DNA from: Asterias rubens
Lineage: Eukaryota
Assembly (NCBI RefSeq): GCF_902459465.1
Contig: NC_047076.1
Span: 10,292,001 to 10,356,000 of the forward strand
Length of the DNA stretch: 64,000 nucleotides
Direction: 5' to 3'
The position numbers and the translations under genes are program-made. This document shows, in pieces, positions 1-11,812 of the stretch. Position 1 is the stretch's first letter; the number at the start of each line of letters is the position of its first letter. The notes under the pieces are model-generated. The model worked only from the letters and a program-made list of their open reading frames with translations. It ran no database searches and was not told the origin of the DNA.

Positions 1-954
1 CCAGGGCGATAGGCTTCTCTTTGTTCATTGGACCATGGTTAACAAGGTGCTATGGTGTGATATGCAACCAATCAAACCAGGAACCCCAGGGCGATAGGCT
101 TCTCTTTGTTCATTGGACCATGGTTAACAAGGTGCTATGGTGTGATATGCAACCAATCAAACCAGGAACACCAGGGCGACAGGCTTCTCTTTGTTCATTG
201 GACCATGGTTTACAAGGTGCTGTGGTGTGATATGCAACCAATCAAACCAGGAACACCAGGGCGACAGGCTTCTCTTTGTTCATTGGCCCATGGTTTACAA
301 GGTGCTGTGGTGTGATATGCAACCAATCAAACCAGGAACACCAGGGCGACAGGCTTCTCTTTGTTCATTGGACCATGGTTAACAAGGTGCTGTGGTGTGA
401 TATGCAACCAATCAAACCAGGAACCCCAGGGCGATAGGCTTCTCTTTGTTCATTGGACCATGGTTAACAAGGTGCTGTGGTGTGATATGCAACCAATCAA
501 ACCAGGAACACCAGGGCGACAGGCTTCTCTTTGTTCATTGGACCATGGTTTACAAGGTGCTGTGGTGTGATATGCAACCAATCAAACCAGGAACACCAGG
601 GCGACAGGCTTCTCTTTGTTCATTGGCCCATGGTTTACAAGGTGCTGTGGTGTGATATGCAACCAATCAAACCAGGAACACCAGGGCGACAGGCTTCTCT
701 TTGTTCATTGGACCATGGTTAACAAGGTGCTGTGGTGTGATATGCAACCAATCAAACCAGGAACACCAGGGCGATAGGCTTCTCTTTGTTCATTGGACCA
801 TGGTTAACAAGGTGCTGTGGTGTGATATGCAACCAATCAAACCAGGAACACCAGGGCGACAGGCTTCTCTTTGTTCATTGGACCATGGTTTACAAGGTGC
901 TGTGGTATGATATGCAACCAATCAAACCAGGAACACCAGGGCGATAGGCTTCTC
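1..954. repeat. 85-bp tandem repeat (VNTR), ~11 copies in view, in BBS5 intron 5; continues past the left edge
   Basis: Unit CCAGGGCGAYAGGCTTCTCTTTGTTCATTGGACCATGGTTWACAAGGTGCTGTGGTGTGATATGCAACCAATCAAACCAGGAACA recurs every 85 nt; ORF-track copies start at 21,106,191,361,446,531,701. Confidence 0.95.
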
Positions 955-1340
955 ATTTTCCGTTGTGACATGACCTGGACTCGTTTGGACAAACCGGCGG
1001 TGCATTCAAGGCATCCTACCGTTATCCATATAGGACTCCTATATAATTTGTTTGGAACATTGTGGCAGTATGGCAAAATAAAGGATGACACATGATGCCT
1101 AATCCACCAATGAAATGACAGACGAGAATCTCTGTATGAGGTATATAAACATAATTTGTTACTGGCAGCTTGGTTAGAGTCAGCCTTATTCATTACATGC
1201 AAAAAGACTAGTTCATAAACACAGGAGACATCTTAGTTTTATTCTCTAAAAGTGAGGTGAACAATTGACCTTTATTCTCTTCTTAGAGATTGTTTGGAAC
1301 TGGTTGCCTGTAAATTGCCTCGTGTGCCATGGCACTTTAA

Positions 1341-1681
1341 AGCACTGGACACGTTTGGTAATTGTCAAAGACGAGTATTCTCAACATGCATAGAATAAAA
1401 AATCTGTGAAAAGTTTGACTTACAATGTAATTGGTCATCAAAGTTGCAAGACAATTATGAAAGAAACACTTGTTGCACAGGTTAGTTTGTTTTCAGAAGC
1501 TTAAAAAGGCTTCAGGCCTGAAGTCTTTTGATATTTGAGTGAGAAATTACATCTTTCTTAAAGACTGCGGGAGCCGTTTCTCACAATGTCTTATACTATC
1601 AACAGCTCTCCCTTGCTCATTACCAAGTAAGTTTTTATGCTAACAATTACCTTGAGTAATTACCAAAAGTTTCCAGTGCCT
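1341..1681. mobile_element. TTAA-flanked Kolobok-like MITE, family D (other copies 2557-2932, 25105-25303, 26650-27022 partial, 13558-13872 partial, 39779-40110 partial)
   Basis: TTAA|AG(G)CACTGGACAC..TTGGTAAT ... ATTACCAA..GTTTCCAGTGCCT|TTAA terminal inverted repeats; shared internal sequence among copies. Confidence 0.8.
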
Positions 1682-1732
1682 TTAAGTTATATATCATATA
1701 AGACAAACAGTCAGCCCTATTGTTTGACTTAC

Positions 1733-4700
1733 CTGTGTACTGACATGATAGTAGTGAACAGTCTAGGTGAGCCAGGTATAACACTAGTAAAGATGAATTC
1801 AAACCGTGTATTATTACATCTGGTTAGAATGTACAATGCTTCAGCCTGCCCTCGCAGTTTCTAAGAAAGGTACGAACATCAAATAGAAACTTGATTGTTT
1901 TTTTAGATTTAAGATTAAATACAACTAAAGCATAAAAGGAAACAATTTAAAATGCTCTAGATTTAAAATGTTCCAGATTGCACGGTAGAGCAACGACCTA
2001 GTGGTCAAGCGTATCGGACTCAAGCTCTGGGCCCAATTTTCTGCTAAGCAGAAAAGAGCAGGGTACCAGTCACAAATTGTACGTGTGACTTGGTAGTTTG
2101 GCTGGTAACCCTTTTGTGGTAAGCCTAATTTTGTTAAGCTTAGCTACTTTTTGAGCTTATAACCAGCTCTATGTTATTGGGCTCTGGTGTTTCTGTTCAG
2201 CAGAGTGTGGGTTCGGGTCCCAGTCATGACACATGACACATGTGTCATTAAAGCGAGACCCTTTGTCCTTCAGATGGGATGTATCTGTATCTGTCGAATA
2301 CTGCAAAATACTCCTTGTTTTGTTTTAGGGGTGCTTTGACCAAATTGGGTATAGAATGCGTCAGGCCTGGAATGCATCCCAGTTTTGGAAAAATCCTAGT
2401 GAGAAAGCCTGGACAAAATGTTTGACTTACAGAATGTGCACTGCGTACTGTGATGTTGATGATGCATGTATATCCAACAGCTGCAATTAATACAATCACA
2501 ATTAAGAGTTTAGTACATGAATCCAACTATTATTATGGTACATACTTAACTCTTAAAGGCACTGTACACTATTGGTAATTGTCAAAGACCAGTATTCTCA
2601 CTTGGTGTATCTCAACATACGCATGAAATAACAAACCTGTAAAAGTTTGGACTCAATAGGTCGTTAAAGTTGCGAGAGAACAATGGAAGATCAACACCCT
2701 TGACGCACAAGTTGTGTGCTTTCAGATGCCTTGAATTCGAGAACTAAGCTGAGGTCTTGAATTCAATTCAAATATTTTATTGAGAAATTACTTCATTCTC
2801 AAAAACTATGTACCTTCAGAGGACGTCGTTTCTCACAATGGTTTATACCATCAACAGCTCTTCATTACACATTACAAAGTAAGTTTTATGCTGATTTATA
2901 TTTTGAGTAACTGCCGAATGTGTCAAATGCCTTTAAGTAGGGTTTAAAACTTTGCAAGGTTGGAGTACAATCAGGTGACACCATGTAGATAAATCTCTTT
3001 TCTGTAGTGGTTATTCTAAAATCGCTAGTTCTTCTCAGAACAACCAATACTCTAAAGTGATATGTACATGTAACAAACTCTACCTGCTAAGTAAATACAC
3101 ACATGGGGGTTGTTCAGACGCAGTACTAAAGTCGGTTTAACTCATGGTTCAACCCCGATCGAGTTCAACTCTGTGTGTCTAAACGATACTAAAGTTAGAC
3201 CGAATCGAGTTCAACCCACAAAAGATAGACCGTCTAGTGAGGGGTTTATCTTTAGACCGCTTTTTTTTTTTTTTTTTACACTGTGTGTGGACAGAATAAA
3301 AAAGACCACATCTGGTTTTACTCAAAACAGACGACCCATTGACCTCTGTAATCATTACGTTAACACACGGTGACCAATGAACAGGGCTACAGGGTCGCGT
3401 TTGCTTTGACCTCTTAAAACCAAAGCTGTCTGAAAGCAAGGGGAACTAACTACCTCAAAAGTTAAACTGGTCCGCTGTCTGAACATGCCCATGGTGTTAC
3501 CGCAAGCCAAATATACATACTTACATAAGTTAACTCTCGGTAGGGATTGAGAATGCCATATGAGCCTCAGGTTAGTCACAATCAGACGACCTGTAATTAA
3601 TAATTATAATAATAATAATTCATTTCATTTGGAATCATAACCAATCATAATCATAAACTACATGAGACCTTGCATCATAATCAATCATAATCAATCATAA
3701 TCAACCATAATCAATCATAATCAATCATAATCAACCATAATCAATCATAATCAATCATGATCAATCATATCAATCATTATCAATCATAAACATTATAATC
3801 AATCATAATCAATCATTACCAATGATAATCAATCATATAAATCATTATCAATCATAATAAATCATAAACATTCATAATCAATCATAATCATGAGACATTG
3901 AGATGTACCCTATGCGCTGATGAAGGGAAAATAAACAGTTGTACAAAGTAAACAGACATTTGTTCACCAGGGTTTTTAATTGTTCTGATGTTTCAACCTG
4001 TTTAACAACCTCTGGAAGACTGTTCCATAACTGAATTGCTGCATGTTGGAAAGAGCGGGAACCATACGACTTAGTTTTTGGGGAGTCAGGAGGGTAGTAT
4101 GTGATGATAGCCAATCAAGGCATTCAATGATAATGATGAATGAAAACTAAAGGTTTAAAATCTATTCTAGCCTGTATTGGTAGCCAGGGGTCGAAATTGC
4201 CACTATCCCGCTAATTTTTCCAGTTTGTGCCGTGACTCAAAATCTCATCAGGGCTACCATGGAGGAAAAATGGCTTCTACAAATTCTGGGTTGCTACATT
4301 TTGTACTACCCCCACTGACCACCATGAAGACACACTTAATTTGGAATGGGTGTGATAATATCTGAGAAGTATACCTTTGTCTCCATTATTCCCCTTTGTG
4401 TCTTCCACTGAATCAAGAAGATCAATTATCCTCTCTCCTGATCTCATATTCATCTGCCTGTAGAAGGAAAACAAACATTCAGTAGTCAACTGCGGTGAAC
4501 ATAAGAGTAACTATAAATATGAATAGTTAACTTGCGGGTACAACCATTTGTAAAATCTCTTTTGAGGGGGTGTTGGCTCTGAAAAGATATTTGTAGCAAT
4601 GTGGTGTTTGCATTCTGAAGTTTTAAAGTTGACAAAGATTACTTTCAAAAGATTATTTTCTTAGAGGTCCAAAGTTTTTCTGGTTTGACTAGATATTTGC

Positions 4701-7700
4701 TGGTGGTCTGCAACTTGTTACTGGTGTTTTCTTTGCATTATGTGCACAAATTATTTATTTGTTACTGTGTAGCCTGGCTATAATTTATGTGGTTTATCAA
4801 TCGGAGTACGACCACAGACGACCACACCATGTGAAAATCAGCTCCTTGAAAATCAGCTAAAATTACCTTAATATCTCCTCCATTTCCACCAATAACCTCC
4901 AAACGTGAGTATAAACAACTTGTCATCACTTTCACAAACCATCGAAGTTAAAGTCAAGCAGTATGCCCCCCAAAAAAGACAAAACTAAGTCGGCATCCAC
5001 TTCGATATCATCAGAGTCAACTTACGCGCCACACTCATCAGGTGATCACCCCTGCTCGCCCATTGCGTCATCAGACAATGACATAATCACCTTGCGTCGG
5101 GAACTCCGGTCAATGGCGTCTGATCTCAGCAGCAAACTGGACACAGTGATCAACAAACAAGATTCCATTTTGAAAAGAATTCAAACCCTGGAAACAAAAC
5201 AACGTGGAATGGAGGAGGCCATTGAGTTCTCGTCAAAGTCCATCGAGGAAATCCAAAAAAAACAAAAGAACTTATCCGATGGCGTTTCCACCCTGACGAC
5301 GCAGCTCAATACGGCCATTACAAAGATTAAACACCTGGAGGACGACACACTTAACCTGGAGCGCCATTCCCGAAGCTTCAACCTCCGGCTTGGGGGAATC
5401 CCGGAAAACCCAAAAGAACCCACCACCTTCCCCTACGACACAGTCAAGAAGATCCTGACGGAGCGGTACAACATGCCGGAAGCTGAAGTTGAGGCTGCAC
5501 ATCGTACAGGAAGACCCCCACAATCCCCATCGGACAAGCCCCGCCACATCATCGCGAGATTTCTGTATCGGTCTGAGCGCCAGGCTGTCCTGTCGAGAGC
5601 CAAACATAGTCTTGCAAACACCGGGATGTTTATCCTGCAAGACCTTCCTGCCGCTGACGTTGCCAAAAAAAGATCCCTCCGAGATGTAATGAAGAAAGCG
5701 TACGACGCCGGCAATCGCCCCGTCTTCAAGAATGGCGAGCTCTACATCCAGGGCAGGAAGTATACACCCACCCCATCCAGCTAAGATTGTTACAGTATAA
5801 TAGTGCCGTTTATCATTCATAAAACCTGAGTTGATTTTCCTGGTTCAAGTAAATTAAAGTGTTTCCATCATGATATATTTATGTATTTGTTTATGTTTGT
5901 CCGTGTGTACAGGAGTAAGGCATTGCTATACAGTATGTGCTTATTATCAAAACTAAACTAACCACGATGCTCCTATGATTCCAAGCCTAGATCCAGATAC
6001 AAACTTTCAAGCTCCTGTCATAAATTGTGATTACTATGATCAAGATCAATTCCTGAATGCATTTAACAAGAAAAAATGTTCAAATATGAAATTATTACAT
6101 ATAAATGCACGCAGCTTGCCCCGAAATATTACTTGTATTAGGAACTATGTAAACCTCTTGGAAAACACATTTTCAATTATTGGGATATCCGAATCATGGT
6201 TGAAAGATACTCAAGATCCGCTAGTCCAAATGCATAATTTTTCTATGGAAGGCTTCTGTAGACAAAATAAACGAGGTGGTGGGGTAGCACTATATATTAG
6301 AGATGACATCGTTTACAAAACTCGTAACGATATATCAGTGAACAATTCAGATATAGAATCATGCTTTATTGAGCTTGTTAATAATCACAATAGCAACGTG
6401 GTTATTGGAGTTGTGTATAAATCACCAAGCGCCCCGTTAAATAATTTTATAGAACTAATTAATGACATATTGGCTTGTGTTAACAATGAAAACAAAAAGT
6501 GTTATATTATGGGTGACTTTAATATTGATTTATTGCAGTATGATACACACAATGGTGTACGTAATTTTATGGACACTTTGCAATCCCAATCTTTTTATTC
6601 CACTATTAACAAACCAACTAGAATTACTGCTGACACTGCAACAGTAATTGACAATATCTTGACAAATGATTTCAACAACCACCATGCCGGCGTTTTAGTT
6701 ACTGACATAAGCGATCATTTACCGGTATTCCTAGTTACTGATAATCTTAGGGAAAACCCGCAGAACGAACGAAGAAACAGTAAGCGTGACTTTAGCAGTA
6801 ACCATATTCATAATTTTGTCGACGAACTTAACCAAATTGACTGGAGTTTTATAACATCATTGAATAATTTGCATGAAATATATGGTAACTTTCAGGAGCA
6901 TGTTGTTAAACTGTATGATAAACATTTCCCCTTGCAAGAGGTGAAACGCAGATATGATTCTTGTAAATCACCCTGGCTATCTGATGGCGTTTACAATTCA
7001 ATAAGGAGGAAAAACCACTTGTATAAAAAATTTCTAAGAAATCCTAATAACCAAAATAAATCCATCTATACTCTGTATAAAAATAAATTGAATGCTTTGA
7101 TTAAAATATCAAAGAAAAATTACTTAAACAAGAAATTTGAACAGGAAAATGGCAATATCAAAGGAACTTGGAAGCTTATAAATTCTTTGCTAAATAAGGG
7201 TAAGCCGAATTCCAACCCGTCTTATGTTGTTAAGGAAGACTGTGTTAAACTAGAGGATAACAAAGAAATTGCAGATGCATTCAATGAATACTTCGTTAGC
7301 GTCGGTGCGAAGCTTACACGTAATCTACCATTATGTAATACTTCGTGTGAGTCTTTTCTTGCAGGAAGATGTTCACACTCTATCTTTTTAACTCCAGTTA
7401 CGCAAGAAGAAATTGCAGATTCTCTCAACAAACTTACATGTAGCAAGGCTCCTGGTTTTGATGGGTTAAGTCCGTTTGTAATTAAACAGGCTAGGTACAT
7501 TCTTGCTAAACCACTTGCTGAAATCTTCAACAGGTCCTTATCTTCTGGTATTTTCCCCGATGCGTTAAAAATAGGTAAGGTTATACCAATACATAAAGGG
7601 GGTAATAAACATGATATTGGAAATTTTAGACCTATCTCAGTTTTGTCCACGTTCTCAAAGGTTTTTGAAAGGATAGTTTATAATAGACTAATATCATTCA

Positions 7701-9519
7701 TTAATAAAAATAGCATTCTTGCTGAGTCGCAGTTTGGCTTTAGGGAAAACCGATCTACAGAGTTAGCAACCTCATACGTAGTAAATAAACTACTCAAGGC
7801 CATAGACGATAAAACGTTTTCCGTTGGTATATTCTTGGACCTTTCAAAGGCTTTCGATACCGTAAACCATGACATTTTAATTTCTAAATTGGAACATTAT
7901 GGTGTGCGTGGAATAGCATTAGCCTGGTTTAAAAGTTATTTATCTAATAGAAAACAATTTGTATTGTTTAAGTCAACGCTGTCTAAAGAACAATATATTT
8001 CCTGTGGAGTTCCACAGGGCTCTGTGTTGGGTCCTCTGTTATTTATTATTTATATAAACGACATATGTAATACTTCTGATACAATATCCTTCTCTTTATT
8101 TGCAGATGACACAAGTTTAGTGTACAGTCATAGTAACGTAGATACAGCTGTTAGTCACCTTAATTTTGAACTTTTAAAAATAAGCACTTGGCTGTTGGCA
8201 AATAAACTATGTATTAATGTACTGAAATCAAATTATATAATATTTTGTCCGAGACAGCAGAAATATACTCAAACGGTTCCTTTAATATTAAATGGTGTTA
8301 ACTTGCAAAAAGTAAAAAGTACAAAATTTCTAGGCATTTATATTGACGAAAATCTTAACTGGAAGAGTCACGTTGATGTAGTGTCAAGCAAAATATCAAA
8401 AACCATCGGTATAATGAATCGTTTGAGGTTTTTCTTACCAAAGAATATCTTAATAACTCTTTACAACTCATTAGTCCTCCCATATTTAAATTACTCAATT
8501 CTCACTTGGGGTGGCTCTTCATCCTGTGATAAACTTCTTATTTTACAAAAACGAGCTGTTCGAATAATTTTCAACGCTCATTATCGGGACCATACCTCTC
8601 CTTTGTTTGCCGAACTGAAACTACTACACTTTAATGATCTCTATAACCTCAACCTTGGAAAATTCATGTACAGGTATATAAATAATTTGTTACCTTCCTG
8701 TTTTAGTTCATGTTTTACTCTCACTTCAGATGTGCATTCTTATAACACTAGAAGCAGCTCGAACAAGAACATTTATGTTAGTTTTAACAGAACGTCAATG
8801 TTTAAAAATGGCCTCGTTCAACGAGGTACACATTTTTGGAATAGTCTACCCACCCCTCTTAAAACATCATTAAGTTTATCTACATTCACCAAACAACTAA
8901 AAACACAACTGCTCCAATCATATTCTTAATCTGTAATGGAAAAATTGTCATTTAGCAATAGCTCAATTATGCTCCTATATGTCTGTCATTGTCCTTTTTT
9001 CGTTTGTCATTTGCCAGTCTGTGTTTGTCTGTCAAGGGTACGGGTACAAAAGCTTTGCTTCACCCTTTGCCCAATGTTGTTATGTGAATAATGTTTAAAC
9101 TAAGCTTCGTTAAGTTAATATTGTTATAAATGATTATTTCGTCTTTTAAAATATGTTGTTATAATAGTGTTAACTTAATGGTGTATGTATTATGTATTAT
9201 CATAACAATGTTGAAATAAATGTTCTATGATTGATTGATTGTTTTAGTTTAAATTGTATTTTTTGAATTTTAAGTTTTTAGACTCGTAAATCCAAATGAA
9301 TTTCATTGTATATGTGTAATGTGTGACAATAAAGCAGACTATGACTCAATTCGAGACAACTGTGTCTTTGTAAGGAATCCCAATCTATTAGTGTTACATT
9401 TGTCAAGAACAGTTTGTAATGACGTTTTTATGTACTTACGCTGTACTTATATCAAAGCGTACATCTCTGTCTTCCCATAATGCATCATACACAACGGGGG
9501 GTTTACTTGTTACAGCCAT
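1733..9519 (-). CDS. BBS5: Bardet-Biedl syndrome 5 protein (BBSome subunit), coding exons 1-5; the rest lies left of the window
   Basis: GT-AG exons 9519-9440, 4457-4375, 3590-3525, 2480-2431, 1860-1733 splice in frame to [136 protein letters not shown], recognisably BBS5 ([31 protein letters not shown]). Confidence 0.96.
1975..2335 (+). mobile_element. tRNA-derived SINE interrupted by a small TIR element (2031-2182)
   Basis: A-box/B-box-like head (TAGTGGTCAAGC...GGGTTCGGGTCCC) matching the copy at 52851; insertion with GCCCAAT/ATTGGGC ends and duplicated TCTGG. Confidence 0.65.
3600..3890. repeat. (ATAATCAATC)n-like degenerate micro/minisatellite
   Basis: Direct inspection; directly abuts the 3' end of the LINE fragment at 3890-4120. 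Confidence 0.9.
3890..4120 (-). mobile_element. 5'-truncated L2/CR1-group LINE 3' fragment
   Basis: Translates to [21 protein letters not shown]..., the typical C-terminal motif of L2/CR1-type ORF2, followed by a repeat tail. Confidence 0.7.
4963..5784 (+). CDS. LINE ORF1 protein (coiled coil + L1-ORF1/transposase-22-like RRM and CTD)
   Basis: 273 aa; heptad-rich N-terminal half, then [38 protein letters not shown] motifs of L1-type ORF1p. Confidence 0.85.
   Translation: MPPKKDKTKSASTSISSESTYAPHSSGDHPCSPIASSDNDIITLRRELRSMASDLSSKLDTVINKQDSILKRIQTLETKQRGMEEAIEFSSKSIEEIQKKQKNLSDGVSTLTTQLNTAITKIKHLEDDTLNLERHSRSFNLRLGGIPENPKEPTTFPYDTVKKILTERYNMPEAEVEAAHRTGRPPQSPSDKPRHIIARFLYRSERQAVLSRAKHSLANTGMFILQDLPAADVAKKRSLRDVMKKAYDAGNRPVFKNGELYIQGRKYTPTPSS
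5975..8929 (+). CDS. LINE ORF2: APE endonuclease + reverse transcriptase
   Basis: 984 aa uninterrupted; APE motifs [29 protein letters not shown]; RT motifs [29 protein letters not shown]; C-terminal HSYNTR...WNSLP. Confidence 0.95.
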   Translation: MIPSLDPDTNFQAPVINCDYYDQDQFLNAFNKKKCSNMKLLHINARSLPRNITCIRNYVNLLENTFSIIGISESWLKDTQDPLVQMHNFSMEGFCRQNKRGGGVALYIRDDIVYKTRNDISVNNSDIESCFIELVNNHNSNVVIGVVYKSPSAPLNNFIELINDILACVNNENKKCYIMGDFNIDLLQYDTHNGVRNFMDTLQSQSFYSTINKPTRITADTATVIDNILTNDFNNHHAGVLVTDISDHLPVFLVTDNLRENPQNERRNSKRDFSSNHIHNFVDELNQIDWSFITSLNNLHEIYGNFQEHVVKLYDKHFPLQEVKRRYDSCKSPWLSDGVYNSIRRKNHLYKKFLRNPNNQNKSIYTLYKNKLNALIKISKKNYLNKKFEQENGNIKGTWKLINSLLNKGKPNSNPSYVVKEDCVKLEDNKEIADAFNEYFVSVGAKLTRNLPLCNTSCESFLAGRCSHSIFLTPVTQEEIADSLNKLTCSKAPGFDGLSPFVIKQARYILAKPLAEIFNRSLSSGIFPDALKIGKVIPIHKGGNKHDIGNFRPISVLSTFSKVFERIVYNRLISFINKNSILAESQFGFRENRSTELATSYVVNKLLKAIDDKTFSVGIFLDLSKAFDTVNHDILISKLEHYGVRGIALAWFKSYLSNRKQFVLFKSTLSKEQYISCGVPQGSVLGPLLFIIYINDICNTSDTISFSLFADDTSLVYSHSNVDTAVSHLNFELLKISTWLLANKLCINVLKSNYIIFCPRQQKYTQTVPLILNGVNLQKVKSTKFLGIYIDENLNWKSHVDVVSSKISKTIGIMNRLRFFLPKNILITLYNSLVLPYLNYSILTWGGSSSCDKLLILQKRAVRIIFNAHYRDHTSPLFAELKLLHFNDLYNLNLGKFMYRYINNLLPSCFSSCFTLTSDVHSYNTRSSSNKNIYVSFNRTSMFKNGLVQRGTHFWNSLPTPLKTSLSLSTFTKQLKTQLLQSYS

Positions 9520-9575
9520 CAATCAATCAATCAAACAATTAATCAATCAATCAATCGATCAATCAATCAATCAAA
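9518..9575. repeat. (ATCA)n/(TTGA)n microsatellite in the BBS5 5' UTR, abutting the ATG
   Basis: Minus strand reads ...TTGATTGATTGATGGCTGTA. Confidence 0.85.
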
Positions 9576-9715
9576 CTCTGCTGCTTCAGGTTGCAATCAC
9601 AAAACTGTAGTTTAAAAAAGAAAAAAAAAGAAAGAAAAAACATTTGTTGGAATTAAAGATACTCGCAGTAGACTGATAGTGATAGTGATAGTTAAGCCTA
9701 AGTCACAATATGACA

Positions 9716-9905
9716 GCAGCCGATTTCACAAAACGCTAGGATTAATCCTATCTCGAGTTAGGACGAGTAACCTATCCTAACTTAGGGTGGGTTCAAATTG
9801 CTTTATGTTCGGATAGGCCTACGGAACTGAACTCCTAAGGATAGGCCTACGGAACTGAACTCCTAAGTCCTAGGATTAGAAAAGTTAGCAAGAGTTTGGA
9901 GAAGT
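9716..9905. mobile_element. MITE family J (GATTTCACAAA termini); copies 19932-20083 and 32806-33135
   Basis: TIR-like (C)GATTTCACAAA..../TTTGTGAAATC and shared AGGACGAG/CCTAAG core. Confidence 0.6.
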
Positions 9906-10902
9906 TGACAGCAGGACAATGCCATTTGTTGTTAGTCAGGTCAGGGTGTACTGTTATAGTGTGATTAAATTGTATTTGGAGTTGGAAATGAGACAAATAC
10001 CACAACCACATTTGATTAATCTTGCATTCTTGGTTGCGTTGATGCTGTTGAAGGTTGATTGAGTCGGGTTTGAGCAATCTGCAGTTGCAGACTCTATGTG
10101 CAAAATAATGCACAAATCCTTTAATGTGGTCACTATAAATACTGACAACTCACAACCCCTCATCACAACTCACGACAACAATTTTTAAATGCACTTTAAC
10201 AGATCATTTCATAAGTCAACCGTAAATATATGCACAAGAGTCATATATGCACCTAAATCACTTTCAAACTTCTACAAAAATTGTATTTTTAATTGTAAAA
10301 AAGTGTCTAGTTACAAACAGAAATATGCGCCATGTTGTCTTTCGATGTACTTGGACGATTCCACTGCACCACAGGGGTAATTTCTGAGGGCTCAGTTGAA
10401 TTTTTTTATTTTTGGTTTTAGCTGCTGTTTTTTTCTTTCCTGTAAGTAACTAAGTCGCCACTGGAAATGGAAGTTACTACACAAGGGGAGATTTAAGTAT
10501 AATATTGTTTTCAACTCCATGAAAGGCACATCAAATGGTAATAATCATCTTGCATGTACCACCCCTGCGGTGTAATGGAATCGTCCAAGTCCATTGAAAG
10601 ACAACAAGGCGGATTTTTGCTAACCATGCAGTCTGGCAGTGGCGTAAGACATTTTCATTGGGGGGGGGGGGGTAAGTGGGGGAAAAGATTAAAATTGGGG
10701 GGGGGGGGGCAAAGAAGTGCAAGAATTAGAATGTTAACTGATCTGAGTGAATAGTTGATACTTGAACCATTCTTTCTACCTCTCCTCATAAGGTAAGGTT
10801 CATTTTTATTTGCAACCTGATATGGTTGGATTCATTATAAAAAAAATACTAAAACTTACAAAATACATTACAAAAACTTTAAATCATTAAACTATGTATT
10901 TA

Positions 10903-11724
10903 TCGTAGCGTCATACGTTATCGACCCTCATATGTTTTCGAACCCTAACTTTGATTCCCGTTTACCGCGAGATTGTGCAAGCTGTACCGGTGACAGAAGC
11001 TCTGCTGTTTACTCACGGTCTGTATTTTCATCAGGCTTAATCATACTGAGAATAAAGTTTCCTGTCGTTGGTTATGCTCAAAACATTCATAAAATGATTG
11101 ATTTTTGGTACAAATCACAAGTGCATTATTTTGGCAACATTAAAATGAGTAAAAGAAACATCATCCAACCTCGAAAGTTCAAAACAAAATTACTATCTGC
11201 TAGATTGAGTTTCATTCTGCTTTAGTCACTAGATGGATCACGCGAGGTGGTTACTATTTGGGATTCTATGGTGTGCCAATATGGGGAAAAAATTAAAATA
11301 TTTTAAGTGAAAATGACAAACAATTTTTTTTTTTGATTTACTGCACTGTAATAAATTCCGATAAGCGTAATAAATATTAAGTCTACAGTAAAGAGAAAAT
11401 ATCATAGATTGATTTCAGATTATCTCCTGAAACCAAACATTACTGGTCTAAAATGGGGGAAAACGGATTGTTATGAAGTGTGTGTGCTTCAAGTGTAAGG
11501 GGGGTGGGGTGTTTTACTTTCATGCCTTGCGATATCTCTGGATTCTATAAATATAGTAGCCATATATAATGCCTTAGGACAAAAATGTAATTAAATTGTT
11601 AAGTAGTAATTGAATAATATTTTTGATTTATTTTGCACGCCATACTAGCTTCTGAATACTCAATAAAATACCAACCAATGAAAGGTGTGAAAACATATGA
11701 CGTTGCTCCAATGTCGTGCATGCA
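10903..11724 (+). mobile_element. Dispersed ~1-kb repeat, family A (copies 28262-29271 minus, 59462-60497 plus, fragment ~31115-31560 minus)
   Basis: High identity among copies, all starting A|TCGTAGCGTCATACGTTATCGACCCTC; no TIR, no ORF. Confidence 0.85.
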
Positions 11725-11812
11725 AACCGAAATAGTCGTCTCCCGTTACGGGAGACGATAGCTGGACGAAACCGAAATAGTTCTAGGAGTAACCAGCGCT
11801 GTGCTCGCTGGT

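Larger units (their letters stand above)
4800..9241 (+). mobile_element. Full-length two-ORF non-LTR retrotransposon (L2/Crack/Daphne-like, CR1 group), antisense in the BBS5 intron between coding exons 1 and 2
   Basis: Open ORF1 and ORF2, 3' UTR with AATAAA (~9215) and (TGAT)n tail ending 9241; 5' boundary approximate, no TSD found. Confidence 0.9.

Noticed and set aside
21-1095. Repeated 63-74 aa ORFs (MFIGPW...)
   Set aside because: By-products of the 85-bp repeat, inside a BBS5 intron, with no recognisable domain
955-1730. BBS5 exon 6
   Set aside because: No frame matches the expected AYETS..YRD.KLR peptide; the exon must lie left of the window
5181-7875. Antisense and alternate-frame ORFs over the LINE (also 48284-49224)
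   Set aside because: Shadow ORFs of the retrotransposon coding sequence
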